Virus record (IMG/VR): IMGVR_UViG_3300021961_000023
Direction: 5' to 3' (one strand)
Origin: a virus
DNA length: 64,000 nt
Shown here: piece after piece, positions 7,520 to 15,115 of the stretch
How the letters are laid out: each line of letters begins with the position of its first letter
How positions within the stretch are numbered: position 1 is the stretch's first letter
The notes under the pieces: generated by a model
Databases searched by the model: none
Told to the model about the DNA's origin: nothing
The model's input: the letters and a program-made list of their open reading frames with translations, nothing else
Translations under genes and position numbers: made by a program

Positions 7520-8122
7520 ATGTTCAAAGTGGGACCATTTGATACCTATAAAACATACCTCTCACTAAAAAACCATTTCACTCGCAAGAACTACGATTAC
7601 CACAAGTATTGTGGAAAGAGTCGTGCGACTGTACAATCCTTCTATAAAAGGAAGGATCGTTTTTGGTTTGAAAAACTTTCTAGGCAAAAGAGTGATAAGG
7701 AAATTCTAGATTTTTTCATTGCTAACTTTGTGTGTTGCACTGATCCTCAGTCCTTGTGGATTGGGGATATCATTCGCAACGGAGAAACAAACTACAAAGA
7801 GTGGCAAAGAAAAGTTCAATCTCTTTCATATTTGTTTAAAGAAGAATCTACAAACTTGTTTTCTGAAAACAAGGTAGATGATATTTTTGATTGTTCTAAA
7901 GGACATCCTCCAGTTCTAAAGAAGTTCCTGAGCGGGAACATTAGCCTGGAAACCCTAGTCATATATGATAGAATATTCCTGTTCGGGAACGATTTTGATA
8001 AGAAACTTTCCGATCCAGTGTGGGAAACCGTCAGTTTAAAAATGAAAAAATATTCACCTTTCCTACATATAGATGTATTCCGTTTTAAAAAAACACTAAA
8101 AGAGATTGTTGTAGGAGAATAA
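7520..8122 (+). CDS. gp59: Helicase loader gp59
   Basis: YLSLKNHF..YDYHKY...F.KRKDRFWF; ISLETL. Confidence 0.92.
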   Translation: MFKVGPFDTYKTYLSLKNHFTRKNYDYHKYCGKSRATVQSFYKRKDRFWFEKLSRQKSDKEILDFFIANFVCCTDPQSLWIGDIIRNGETNYKEWQRKVQSLSYLFKEESTNLFSENKVDDIFDCSKGHPPVLKKFLSGNISLETLVIYDRIFLFGNDFDKKLSDPVWETVSLKMKKYSPFLHIDVFRFKKTLKEIVVGE

Positions 8123-8466
8123 TGGGATTCTTTAACTCCGAAATCGTAAGATCAGAAATGGCAAGAATTTCTGAACTTCAAGAAGACATTTATAAAAGTG
8201 TCTTTTCTTTCTATCAAATGGATAAGGAGCAGAAACTTAAGCATATTGAAATGCTTCAAGAACTTCTGGGAGTACAAAAGATCTTGTATACTCGCCTATC
8301 TCTTTCTGATGATCCAGAAGCTATTCAGATGAAGGATCAGATTCTCTTAAGTGCTGAAATGATGGGTCTTCAAAAAGGTGCTGACATGAACACCTTGTTC
8401 AAAAACATGGAGTCCATGATCGACCTGATGAAAAACCAGATTGACAAAGCAGGGTCCGACCTGTAG
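8122..8466 (+). CDS. DUF1825-like protein
   Basis: MGFFNSEIVR...YTRLSLSDDPEA. Confidence 0.75.
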   Translation: MGFFNSEIVRSEMARISELQEDIYKSVFSFYQMDKEQKLKHIEMLQELLGVQKILYTRLSLSDDPEAIQMKDQILLSAEMMGLQKGADMNTLFKNMESMIDLMKNQIDKAGSDL

Positions 8467-8469
8467 AAT
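8441..8469 (+). promoter_or_regulatory. Sigma70-like promoter of gp32
   Basis: TTGACA-17 nt-TAGAAT. Confidence 0.7.
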
Positions 8470-8515
8470 AAATGGGTACACAAAAGCCAAATACGTACAA
8501 ATCCGAGGTAATCCT

Positions 8516-9457
8516 ATGTCTTCTTTTTCCGATCTTAAAAAGCAATCTTCTCTGGGTTCTTTGACTTCTAAACTTGTCAAAGAAGTTGAGAAAATGAATA
8601 ACGTATCATCCTCTGTGGATGATCGCCTTTGGAAACCTGAACTGGATAAAACTGGTAACGGTTTCGCTGTGATTCGTTTCCTCCCTGCCCCCGAAGGTGA
8701 AGATCTTCCCTGGGCGAAGATCTACTCTCATGCTTTCCAAGGTCCTGGTGGTTGGTACATTGAAAACTCTCTGACCACTCTCAATCAGAAGGATCCTGTT
8801 TCTGAATACAATCGTGAACTGTGGAACAGTGGTAGCGATAAAGATAAGGAGACTGTTCGCAAGCAGAAGCGCAAACTGTCTTACTACTCCAACGTTTATG
8901 TTGTGAAGGATCCTGTTAACCCTCAGAATGAAGGTAAAGTCTTCCTGTTCAAGTATGGCAAGAAGATCTTTGATAAAGTCATGGCTGCCATGCAACCTGA
9001 GTTTGAAGATGAAACTCCGATTAATCCCTTTGATTTTTGGGGCGGTGCTAACTTCAAACTGAAGATCCGTAAGGTTGATGGTTATTGGAACTATGACAAA
9101 TCTGAGTTTGAATCTCCCAGTGTTCTTCTGGATGATGATGACGCTATGGAAGCAATCTGGAAGAAAGAGTTTTCTCTTGCTGCAGTAGTTGCTCCTGATC
9201 AGTTCAAGGATTATGATGCATTGAAAAAGCGTCTTGATTATGTTCTGGGTAACAAGACTTCTCGTGCTTCTCAGGTTGCTGAAGAAGATGTCTACGAAGA
9301 GTTTGTTCAAACTAAAACTCAGGAAGATAATGTGATGGAAGAACTGGAAAACTCTTATCGTAAGAGTAAAGCACCTGCTCCAGTTCAGCAAGTGTCCTCA
9401 GATGATGAGGATGAAGATGATGCTCTCAGTTACTTTCAACGTCTAGCAGAATCCTGA
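8516..9457 (+). CDS. gp32: Single-stranded DNA-binding protein gp32
   Basis: GNGFAVIRFLP, WYIENSLTT, YGKKIFDK, NYDKSEF, acidic tail; GAGG RBS before ATG 8516. Confidence 0.96.
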   Translation: MSSFSDLKKQSSLGSLTSKLVKEVEKMNNVSSSVDDRLWKPELDKTGNGFAVIRFLPAPEGEDLPWAKIYSHAFQGPGGWYIENSLTTLNQKDPVSEYNRELWNSGSDKDKETVRKQKRKLSYYSNVYVVKDPVNPQNEGKVFLFKYGKKIFDKVMAAMQPEFEDETPINPFDFWGGANFKLKIRKVDGYWNYDKSEFESPSVLLDDDDAMEAIWKKEFSLAAVVAPDQFKDYDALKKRLDYVLGNKTSRASQVAEEDVYEEFVQTKTQEDNVMEELENSYRKSKAPAPVQQVSSDDEDEDDALSYFQRLAES

Positions 9458-9858
9458 TGAAACTCCTTCTAGCAACTCTCGTAGTTCTTTTCCCTACTGC
9501 AGCATTTGCAGACCATAGGTATACTTATTCACAACCTGGATGGTCTTCATCTCAAACTTGTATCAAAAAAGTTTATCGTGAAGAATATGTTCCTGGTACA
9601 GTGGATAATCCTGGATATGTAAAGCAGTATTATGACGAAGTGAAAGTTCCTTGTGAAAGATCTACTTATCGTCAACCATTAACTACTCCACCTCCAGTTT
9701 CTCAAAATCGTAACTGTGTTAGAGGATCTATTCTTGGAGGTATTCTAGGTGGTGGTATTGCTGCTGGAGTATCTAAACCAGATGCGATGGTTTGGTCAGT
9801 ACCAGTTGGTGTTGTAACAGGTGCAATCGCTGGTTGTGAAGTTCAACGAGGTAATTGA
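9457..9858 (+). CDS. Secreted protein with glycine-zipper C-terminus
   Basis: Signal peptide ...PTAAFA; GSILGGILGGGIAAG. Confidence 0.75.
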   Translation: MKLLLATLVVLFPTAAFADHRYTYSQPGWSSSQTCIKKVYREEYVPGTVDNPGYVKQYYDEVKVPCERSTYRQPLTTPPPVSQNRNCVRGSILGGILGGGIAAGVSKPDAMVWSVPVGVVTGAIAGCEVQRGN

Positions 9859-10542
9859 TTAGAAGGTAAATATTCTTAGGTTCTCGCCACGCTTTAAGGA
9901 TCTGCTCACATACTGAGTAGATCCTTTTTTATACGGCATTATCTTACTGAGATCATCAAAGATTAGATTCAGATATTCTGGTTTGATGATTCTGATTCTT
10001 CTCTTTTTATTTTGAAGATCTTCTTCGTACTGAAGATTAGTAACGGGATATGTAATATTCGTGGCAGTTTGTAATGATCCATTTGCTCCACCCACTAATG
10101 GATCAAAATATGTGATTGAAAAATCAGAGGAAACTCGCATTCCTTGAGGAACAATAATACTGCCGATAGTATTCTTTACCTCATAAGTTTCGTAATGATG
10201 AACACTGTTAACAATATCATATGTACCATACTTTTCTAACAAAAAGTTATCAAATGATTTTTGTGTCAAAGGCCATTCATCTTGAACATTGATGATATTA
10301 TTTGCAAGCAACACTAACCAATCTAGATTCTCATCATTATAAACTTTATATGCAACGTTATCTGGGCGATCATCATAAAGAACATTGTAATCAGTAAAAT
10401 ATGTAACCGTGTTGATTACATCATCACGAAGTTTAACTCTTTTGAATAGATTTTTAGTGGTGATGTAGTCTCCAATATTCTTTGCATTAGCACCTCTGCT
10501 AATATAATCAAAGTTTGGAACTCTAGAAAAATAACCTGCCAT
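9859..10542 (-). CDS. gp53: Baseplate wedge protein gp53
   Basis: YFS..PN; RPDNVAYKVY..LDWLVLLANNI..EWP (LysM-like); HHYET. Confidence 0.9.
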   Translation of the reverse strand: MAGYFSRVPNFDYISRGANAKNIGDYITTKNLFKRVKLRDDVINTVTYFTDYNVLYDDRPDNVAYKVYNDENLDWLVLLANNIINVQDEWPLTQKSFDNFLLEKYGTYDIVNSVHHYETYEVKNTIGSIIVPQGMRVSSDFSITYFDPLVGGANGSLQTATNITYPVTNLQYEEDLQNKKRRIRIIKPEYLNLIFDDLSKIMPYKKGSTQYVSRSLKRGENLRIFTF

Positions 10543-10544
10543 TT

Positions 10545-11585
10545 TTAGAATCCTATTTCGTCTGTTGGAACGTTCGTATACTCATCAGCAAATACTGGTT
10601 CAAGTTCAGTGAATGTCATTGTCATACTGTATGCAGTCATAGTGCTTTTTGAATCATTAAACGTTGAATATGTTCCTGCTGGAGTATAATCAACTGATAG
10701 ATTCTGTAAGGCACATTCTTTGATTCTATTGATACTGGGGTGAAGTCCATTTGCTGTTGAACTTTTATATTGAATCCTAAAAACATTAGGAGACTTTAAG
10801 AATACATTAATTGAAGTTCTTTTAACTGCCATATTCTGTTTGAAGAATCGAATGATTCTTCTAATTTGAGTTGCTTCATCTGGATTTCTTGCTGACATTA
10901 TAAAAGTGAACGAAAATGGTCTCAGTTCAGGTCCTTGAAATAAAAGTTCTAAGTTAGGGTTAGCGATAGATCCTCCTAGACGAGAGAGTAATCCAGTTGC
11001 AGAAGATGCTTTTTCCGCAAACATATAATCAATCGCTTTTCTAACTTCTGGATCTGTTATTGTTGAAGTTAAACTTTTTACTGCTGCATCAGCATCGTCT
11101 CCAGTGATTGCTTTTGCAGAGAGACCAGCTGCCGCAACTTGTAACGGAGTTAATGTTTGTCCAGTCCAGTTAACTAAATTTTGATCTTGGATTTTATTTT
11201 GAATAGGAAGTATTACAGTTGGACTTAGTGGTTTAAAGTTTCTTTGTGAAAATCCAACGTTTCCTCCTGTAAGATTAAAGTCAGTTTTCCCATATTCAAG
11301 AGCAGTAAACAAAATATAATCTTGTTTAGATGGCCAGTTAGTATTTGGATACCTTAATGAACCTGCTGTTATTCCTTGAGCACCTTGTTGAGCAAGACTT
11401 TGAGATGCATTACTTGCTATAGTCTCTGAGTTAGGTGAAAGACTTACTCCTTGTTGAGCAAGTTCATATCCTGTTGACCCAACGTTTATTGTCGTTGGAA
11501 ATGGATATGATTGACTGGGACTAGGAGTACTAGACAGAGTAATACCCTGAGCAGCAGCAGTGAATCCATTAAAACTAGATGGCAT
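10545..11585 (-). CDS. gp48: Baseplate tail-tube cap gp48
   Basis: NPNLELLFQGPELRPFSFTF...SVDYTP...TFTELEP. Confidence 0.88.
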   Translation of the reverse strand: MPSSFNGFTAAAQGITLSSTPSPSQSYPFPTTINVGSTGYELAQQGVSLSPNSETIASNASQSLAQQGAQGITAGSLRYPNTNWPSKQDYILFTALEYGKTDFNLTGGNVGFSQRNFKPLSPTVILPIQNKIQDQNLVNWTGQTLTPLQVAAAGLSAKAITGDDADAAVKSLTSTITDPEVRKAIDYMFAEKASSATGLLSRLGGSIANPNLELLFQGPELRPFSFTFIMSARNPDEATQIRRIIRFFKQNMAVKRTSINVFLKSPNVFRIQYKSSTANGLHPSINRIKECALQNLSVDYTPAGTYSTFNDSKSTMTAYSMTMTFTELEPVFADEYTNVPTDEIGF

Positions 11586-11590
11586 TTTTC

Positions 11591-11920
11591 CTATCCGTTA
11601 GTTGCTAAGTCAATCAAAATAGTATCTTTAAGATCTTGAGTTGCACTTTTAGTGATTCTATTGCCACTTCTTTCTCTGTATTTTGCAGCCTCTGCTGGAG
11701 GTTGTCCAATACTAGGTACAAGTTTCACTAGATCTGTTACTGATTCACCAGGTGCATATTCTTTCCATTGAAAATTAACACTTGTTTTGGATACAAAAGT
11801 AGGAACACTTTGTCCTTTTGCAGTCCATGTAGACTCACCAGTTTCAGTAGTGACAGTTAAAGTGCCAGGTATAGTGATACCACTAATCACGTATGGCATA
11901 TTTTTAGATATGTCTGGCAT
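11591..11920 (-). CDS. Hypothetical protein
   Basis: 109-aa ORF in the minus-strand structural operon. Confidence 0.6.
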   Translation of the reverse strand: MPDISKNMPYVISGITIPGTLTVTTETGESTWTAKGQSVPTFVSKTSVNFQWKEYAPGESVTDLVKLVPSIGQPPAEAAKYRERSGNRITKSATQDLKDTILIDLATNG

Positions 11921-11941
11921 TTTCAGATAGATCTTTTTTAC

Positions 11942-12307
11942 TTATTTATTGACGATTTTTTCATAAGAAAGTTCTCTTAGATATCCAATCTCTTTTGGAT
12001 GAACTAAGTGAAGTCTTCCTACCACTTCATTCCAAGCATATTGTCTAGGTTGCCTCCAATGATAGTTGATGCCACGAAATCCCCATGAATGAATACTGGT
12101 CACAGCAACTAGGGGATATTGGTCATAAACAATCTCTGGGCTCTTAGGAGAGTATATGAATGTATAATATTGCCCTACGTCAGGTATGAACTCTTGTTCT
12201 GTAAAAAGTTCAATAATATTTTCCATGATAAAGTCAGCATCATTTGAGTTACCAACTTTATCTTTGAGTTCGAGTGTTCGATCTAACTCTAAACCTTCTA
12301 GTGCCAT
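11942..12307 (-). CDS. gp2-like DNA end-protector family protein
   Basis: GQYYTFIYSPK...YDQYPLV...GFRGINYHW; adjacent to gp4. Confidence 0.6.
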   Translation of the reverse strand: MALEGLELDRTLELKDKVGNSNDADFIMENIIELFTEQEFIPDVGQYYTFIYSPKSPEIVYDQYPLVAVTSIHSWGFRGINYHWRQPRQYAWNEVVGRLHLVHPKEIGYLRELSYEKIVNK

Positions 12308-12750
12308 TGCTTGATTCCAAGTTCTTTTTCTGTGATAACTCTGAACTGAATCGCATGATCTTTACAGAACTCGTCTGCAGCTTTCCACTTTGCTTGATTT
12401 ACTGCCCAAGTTTTAGTTTCATATATGAATGATTTTGTGACTCTATTACCTTTCTTCGGAGGTTTTGTTTGTTTTTCTGGTTTGATTTCAACTAGGTAAG
12501 TTTTAGTTCCACCATTTTGTTCTTTTACCTTAATCAAAAAGTCTGGGTAATAGCGATGAACTTTATGGTCTAAAGGAGACAAATATGGAATGGCAACTTC
12601 TTCACTTGCCCATTGTACAATATCTGGATTTAAGTCTGCCCAGTGACAAAACTTTCGTTCCCATGAAGAACGACAAACTATGTTGTTGGGATTGCCAACA
12701 TATTTTTCAGGATTAGATGGTTTGTATCGTGACTTTAAACTTTCTCCCAT
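12298..12750 (-). CDS. gp4: Head completion nuclease gp4
   Basis: YKPSNPEKYVG..RSSWE..WASEE..HRYYPDF..EIKP..NQAKW. Confidence 0.92.
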   Translation of the reverse strand: MGESLKSRYKPSNPEKYVGNPNNIVCRSSWERKFCHWADLNPDIVQWASEEVAIPYLSPLDHKVHRYYPDFLIKVKEQNGGTKTYLVEIKPEKQTKPPKKGNRVTKSFIYETKTWAVNQAKWKAADEFCKDHAIQFRVITEKELGIKQWH

Positions 12751-12779
12751 TTGTCACATACATAATATATCAGTAGTAC

Positions 12780-12787
12780 TATTTATA
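12780..12787 (-). promoter_or_regulatory. T4-type late promoter
   Basis: TATAAATA on the minus strand ~30 nt upstream of gp4. Confidence 0.7.
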
Positions 12788-12788
12788 G

Positions 12789-13691
12789 ATGGCAATAGTA
12801 GGCCCAAAGAAATATACTATGTCAGATTTGAAGGCTAGAATCCTTCAACCATCTCTGACATCTCATTATCAAGTCTCCTTTCCTGTCCCAACAAGAGTAA
12901 TGGCCTACCTTGGGCAAAGGGGAGTAAATGTTACTGCGATTAATATTGAAGATTATATAACTATCCCTTGCACTGAAGCATCTCTTCCTGGTTCTCGTCT
13001 TGCAACTCATGAGTTAAATGACGACTACACTGGAGTTACTCTTAGACATGCATATAGAAGACTGTATGATGAGACATCAAGTTTTACTTTTTACGTTGAT
13101 GCTCAAAAGTATTATGTGATTCGTCTTTTTGAAGGGTGGATGGGATATACTATGTTAGAGGGTGTTACTTCAGCAGGAAATTATGTTAACTCTAGAAGAT
13201 TTGAACTAGATTATAGTCATAGAGTTGCATTTCCAGATCATTATAAAACTAATGAGTTATCTATTATAAAATTTGAGAGAGATTATCAGCAAGGAACTGG
13301 AGGAACTCCATCTGGATCTCTTACATACAGTTTTACTGATGCGTATCCAATCAATGTTGCTGCTGCACCTATTTCCTATGATTCATCTCAACTTTTAAAA
13401 TGCACAGTTGATTTTAACTTTAGTAGATATTTGATTGACACTGCAAATCCACAACCTGTGGCACCACCAGCTCCAACTCTTCCACCACCAACTTCAAACC
13501 CAGCACCACCTCCACCACAAGAGTTCAACTATAATCCAACAGTTATTACTAATGAATACTATAACAATGGTATTGAAGGAACGAATAATAATCAATCACA
13601 ATCATTTGGTAGGAATGCTCAGAACGCAACTAACTTTGCCGACTTTACTGATGGTAGTGTGAGTGGTCCATTTGGACAGGCAGTTGGATAA
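12789..13691 (+). CDS. Tail-tube initiator (gp54/gp19-like) with Pro-rich extension
   Basis: ASLPG, FTFYVD, F..W, F.DAYPINV tube-fold motifs. Confidence 0.75.
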   Translation: MAIVGPKKYTMSDLKARILQPSLTSHYQVSFPVPTRVMAYLGQRGVNVTAINIEDYITIPCTEASLPGSRLATHELNDDYTGVTLRHAYRRLYDETSSFTFYVDAQKYYVIRLFEGWMGYTMLEGVTSAGNYVNSRRFELDYSHRVAFPDHYKTNELSIIKFERDYQQGTGGTPSGSLTYSFTDAYPINVAAAPISYDSSQLLKCTVDFNFSRYLIDTANPQPVAPPAPTLPPPTSNPAPPPPQEFNYNPTVITNEYYNNGIEGTNNNQSQSFGRNAQNATNFADFTDGSVSGPFGQAVG

Positions 13692-13692
13692 T

Positions 13693-13718
13693 AAAAAAGA
13701 GGGTCCGAAGACCCTCTT
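13693..13718 (-). terminator. Intrinsic terminator between convergent units
   Basis: GAGGGTC-(UUCG on minus)-GACCCTC with a U-run on the minus strand. Confidence 0.85.
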
Positions 13719-13857
13719 ATGTTTGAGTAGAATATTCTACATCTCCTTCATTTGGTACGGGGAATCCTCCCTTTATTGAGTTTAAAGAGTGATAGCATGA
13801 AAACAAAGAGAATGGTATAATAGTAACTGAAAGTGCTATAATCAAAACTCGTTTCAT
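13717..13857 (-). CDS. Small membrane or secreted peptide (46 aa)
   Basis: MKRVLIIALSVTIIPFSLFSC...; ATGA-coupled to the upstream ORF. Confidence 0.55.
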   Translation of the reverse strand: MKRVLIIALSVTIIPFSLFSCYHSLNSIKGGFPVPNEGDVEYSTQT

Positions 13858-14099
13858 TTGTCTTTTTTAAGTCCTTGAGAGAGACCAATAGCACTGACAA
13901 CTCCAGTAAGACCGTAAATGCCTCCCCACAATCCCAACCAGAGAGAGTTGTTACGGTGAATTTGAGATGCTTCTGGAGAAACTTTATGATACTTATATGC
14001 AGCATCATACTCTTGTACATACCAAACAAAACATGCTCCAGTTGCTACAGTGGTAACTGAAAGAGCAGACATTAGGTAGAAGTTGAGAAGTGCCTTCAT
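13854..14099 (-). CDS. Small two-TM membrane protein
   Basis: Two hydrophobic segments; own TATAAT at 14126-14121. Confidence 0.7.
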   Translation of the reverse strand: MKALLNFYLMSALSVTTVATGACFVWYVQEYDAAYKYHKVSPEASQIHRNNSLWLGLWGGIYGLTGVVSAIGLSQGLKKDK

Positions 14100-14156
14100 G
14101 AGGTTGTTTTAACTGTGTTTATTATAGCATCGCATTTCGCCTCTTTGATACCCTAT

Positions 14157-14178
14157 GTGCCACTTTACAATCTGGCAC
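14157..14178. promoter_or_regulatory. Palindromic box GTGCCA-N10-TGGCAC (copy 1)
   Basis: Perfect inverted repeat, 30 nt from the minus-strand TATAAT. Confidence 0.7.
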
Positions 14179-14219
14179 AACACCCATAAATAATCACACT
14201 GAACATTCTATAGGACATT

Positions 14220-14936
14220 ATGCCTTTACCAAAGATTTCGACACCAACTTATGAACTTGAGTTGCCTTCGACAGGAAAACCAGTAAAATATAGACCGTTC
14301 TTAGTAAGAGAAGAGAAACTTCTTGTTCTTGCTATGGAATCAGAAGATACCAAACAGATTACCGAAGCAGTAAAAGAAGTTATTAAAAACTGTATTCAGA
14401 CAAGAGGTATTAAAGTAGAGTCTCTTCCTACTTTTGATATTGAATATCTCTTCCTTAACATTCGTGGTAAGTCTGTTGGAGAAGAACTTGAAGTTAATCT
14501 CATCTGCCCTGATGATGAAGAGACTACTGTTCTAACTAAGATTAGTGTTGAAGACATTAAAGTTAGAAAAGATACTGACCACACTCCAAAGATTAAAATT
14601 GATGATACGATTGTCATGGAGATGAAGTATCCATCTCTAGATGAGTTTATTAGAGATAACTTTGATGTTCAATCAAGTACAATGGATAAGTCATTTGAAC
14701 TTATTGCATCATGTATTGATAAAATCTACACTGAAGAAGAGGTGTGGTCCGCTGGTGATGTTACAAAAAAAGAACTGATGGAGTTTCTAGATCAAATGAA
14801 CTCAACACAGTTCAAAAAAGTTGAGAAGTTTTTTGAGACTATGCCAAAACTTATGCATGAAGTCAAGATCAAAAACCCAAATACTGGAGTAGAAAGCACT
14901 ATCGTTCTGGAGGGTCTTTCTAGTTTTTTCGCCTAG
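14220..14936 (+). CDS. gp26: Baseplate hub / tail assembly protein (cyanophage 'gp26')
   Basis: MPLPKI.TPTYELELPS..YRPFLVREEK..FDIEYLFLNIRGKSVGE..GL.SFF; CATAAATA late promoter at 14185. Confidence 0.88.
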   Translation: MPLPKISTPTYELELPSTGKPVKYRPFLVREEKLLVLAMESEDTKQITEAVKEVIKNCIQTRGIKVESLPTFDIEYLFLNIRGKSVGEELEVNLICPDDEETTVLTKISVEDIKVRKDTDHTPKIKIDDTIVMEMKYPSLDEFIRDNFDVQSSTMDKSFELIASCIDKIYTEEEVWSAGDVTKKELMEFLDQMNSTQFKKVEKFFETMPKLMHEVKIKNPNTGVESTIVLEGLSSFFA

Positions 14937-14938
14937 CA

Positions 14939-15112
14939 ATGTGCTATACAGATCTTGAGAACTATTATAGACTCAATTTTGCCTTGATGCAGTTCCATAA
15001 ATATTCATTGACTGAGATTGAAAACATGATGCCTTGGGAAAAGGATGTTTATGTTATGATGTTGATGGAACATTTAGAAGAAGAAAAACTAAAAGCACAA
15101 CAGCAGAAATAA
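14939..15112 (+). CDS. gp51: Baseplate hub assembly catalyst (cyanophage 'gp51'), 57 aa
   Basis: LENYYRLNFALMQFHKYSLTEIENMMPWEKDVY. Confidence 0.85.
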   Translation: MCYTDLENYYRLNFALMQFHKYSLTEIENMMPWEKDVYVMMLMEHLEEEKLKAQQQK

Positions 15113-15115
15113 AGA

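Noticed and set aside
8606-9391. 261-aa antisense ORF over gp32
   Set aside because: Same shadow effect; no recognisable domain.
11580-11600. Possible TAG read-through joining 11591..11920 to gp48
   Set aside because: The two ORFs are out of frame (5-nt gap), gp48 has its own AGGA SD, and an in-frame stop lies five codons upstream of its ATG.
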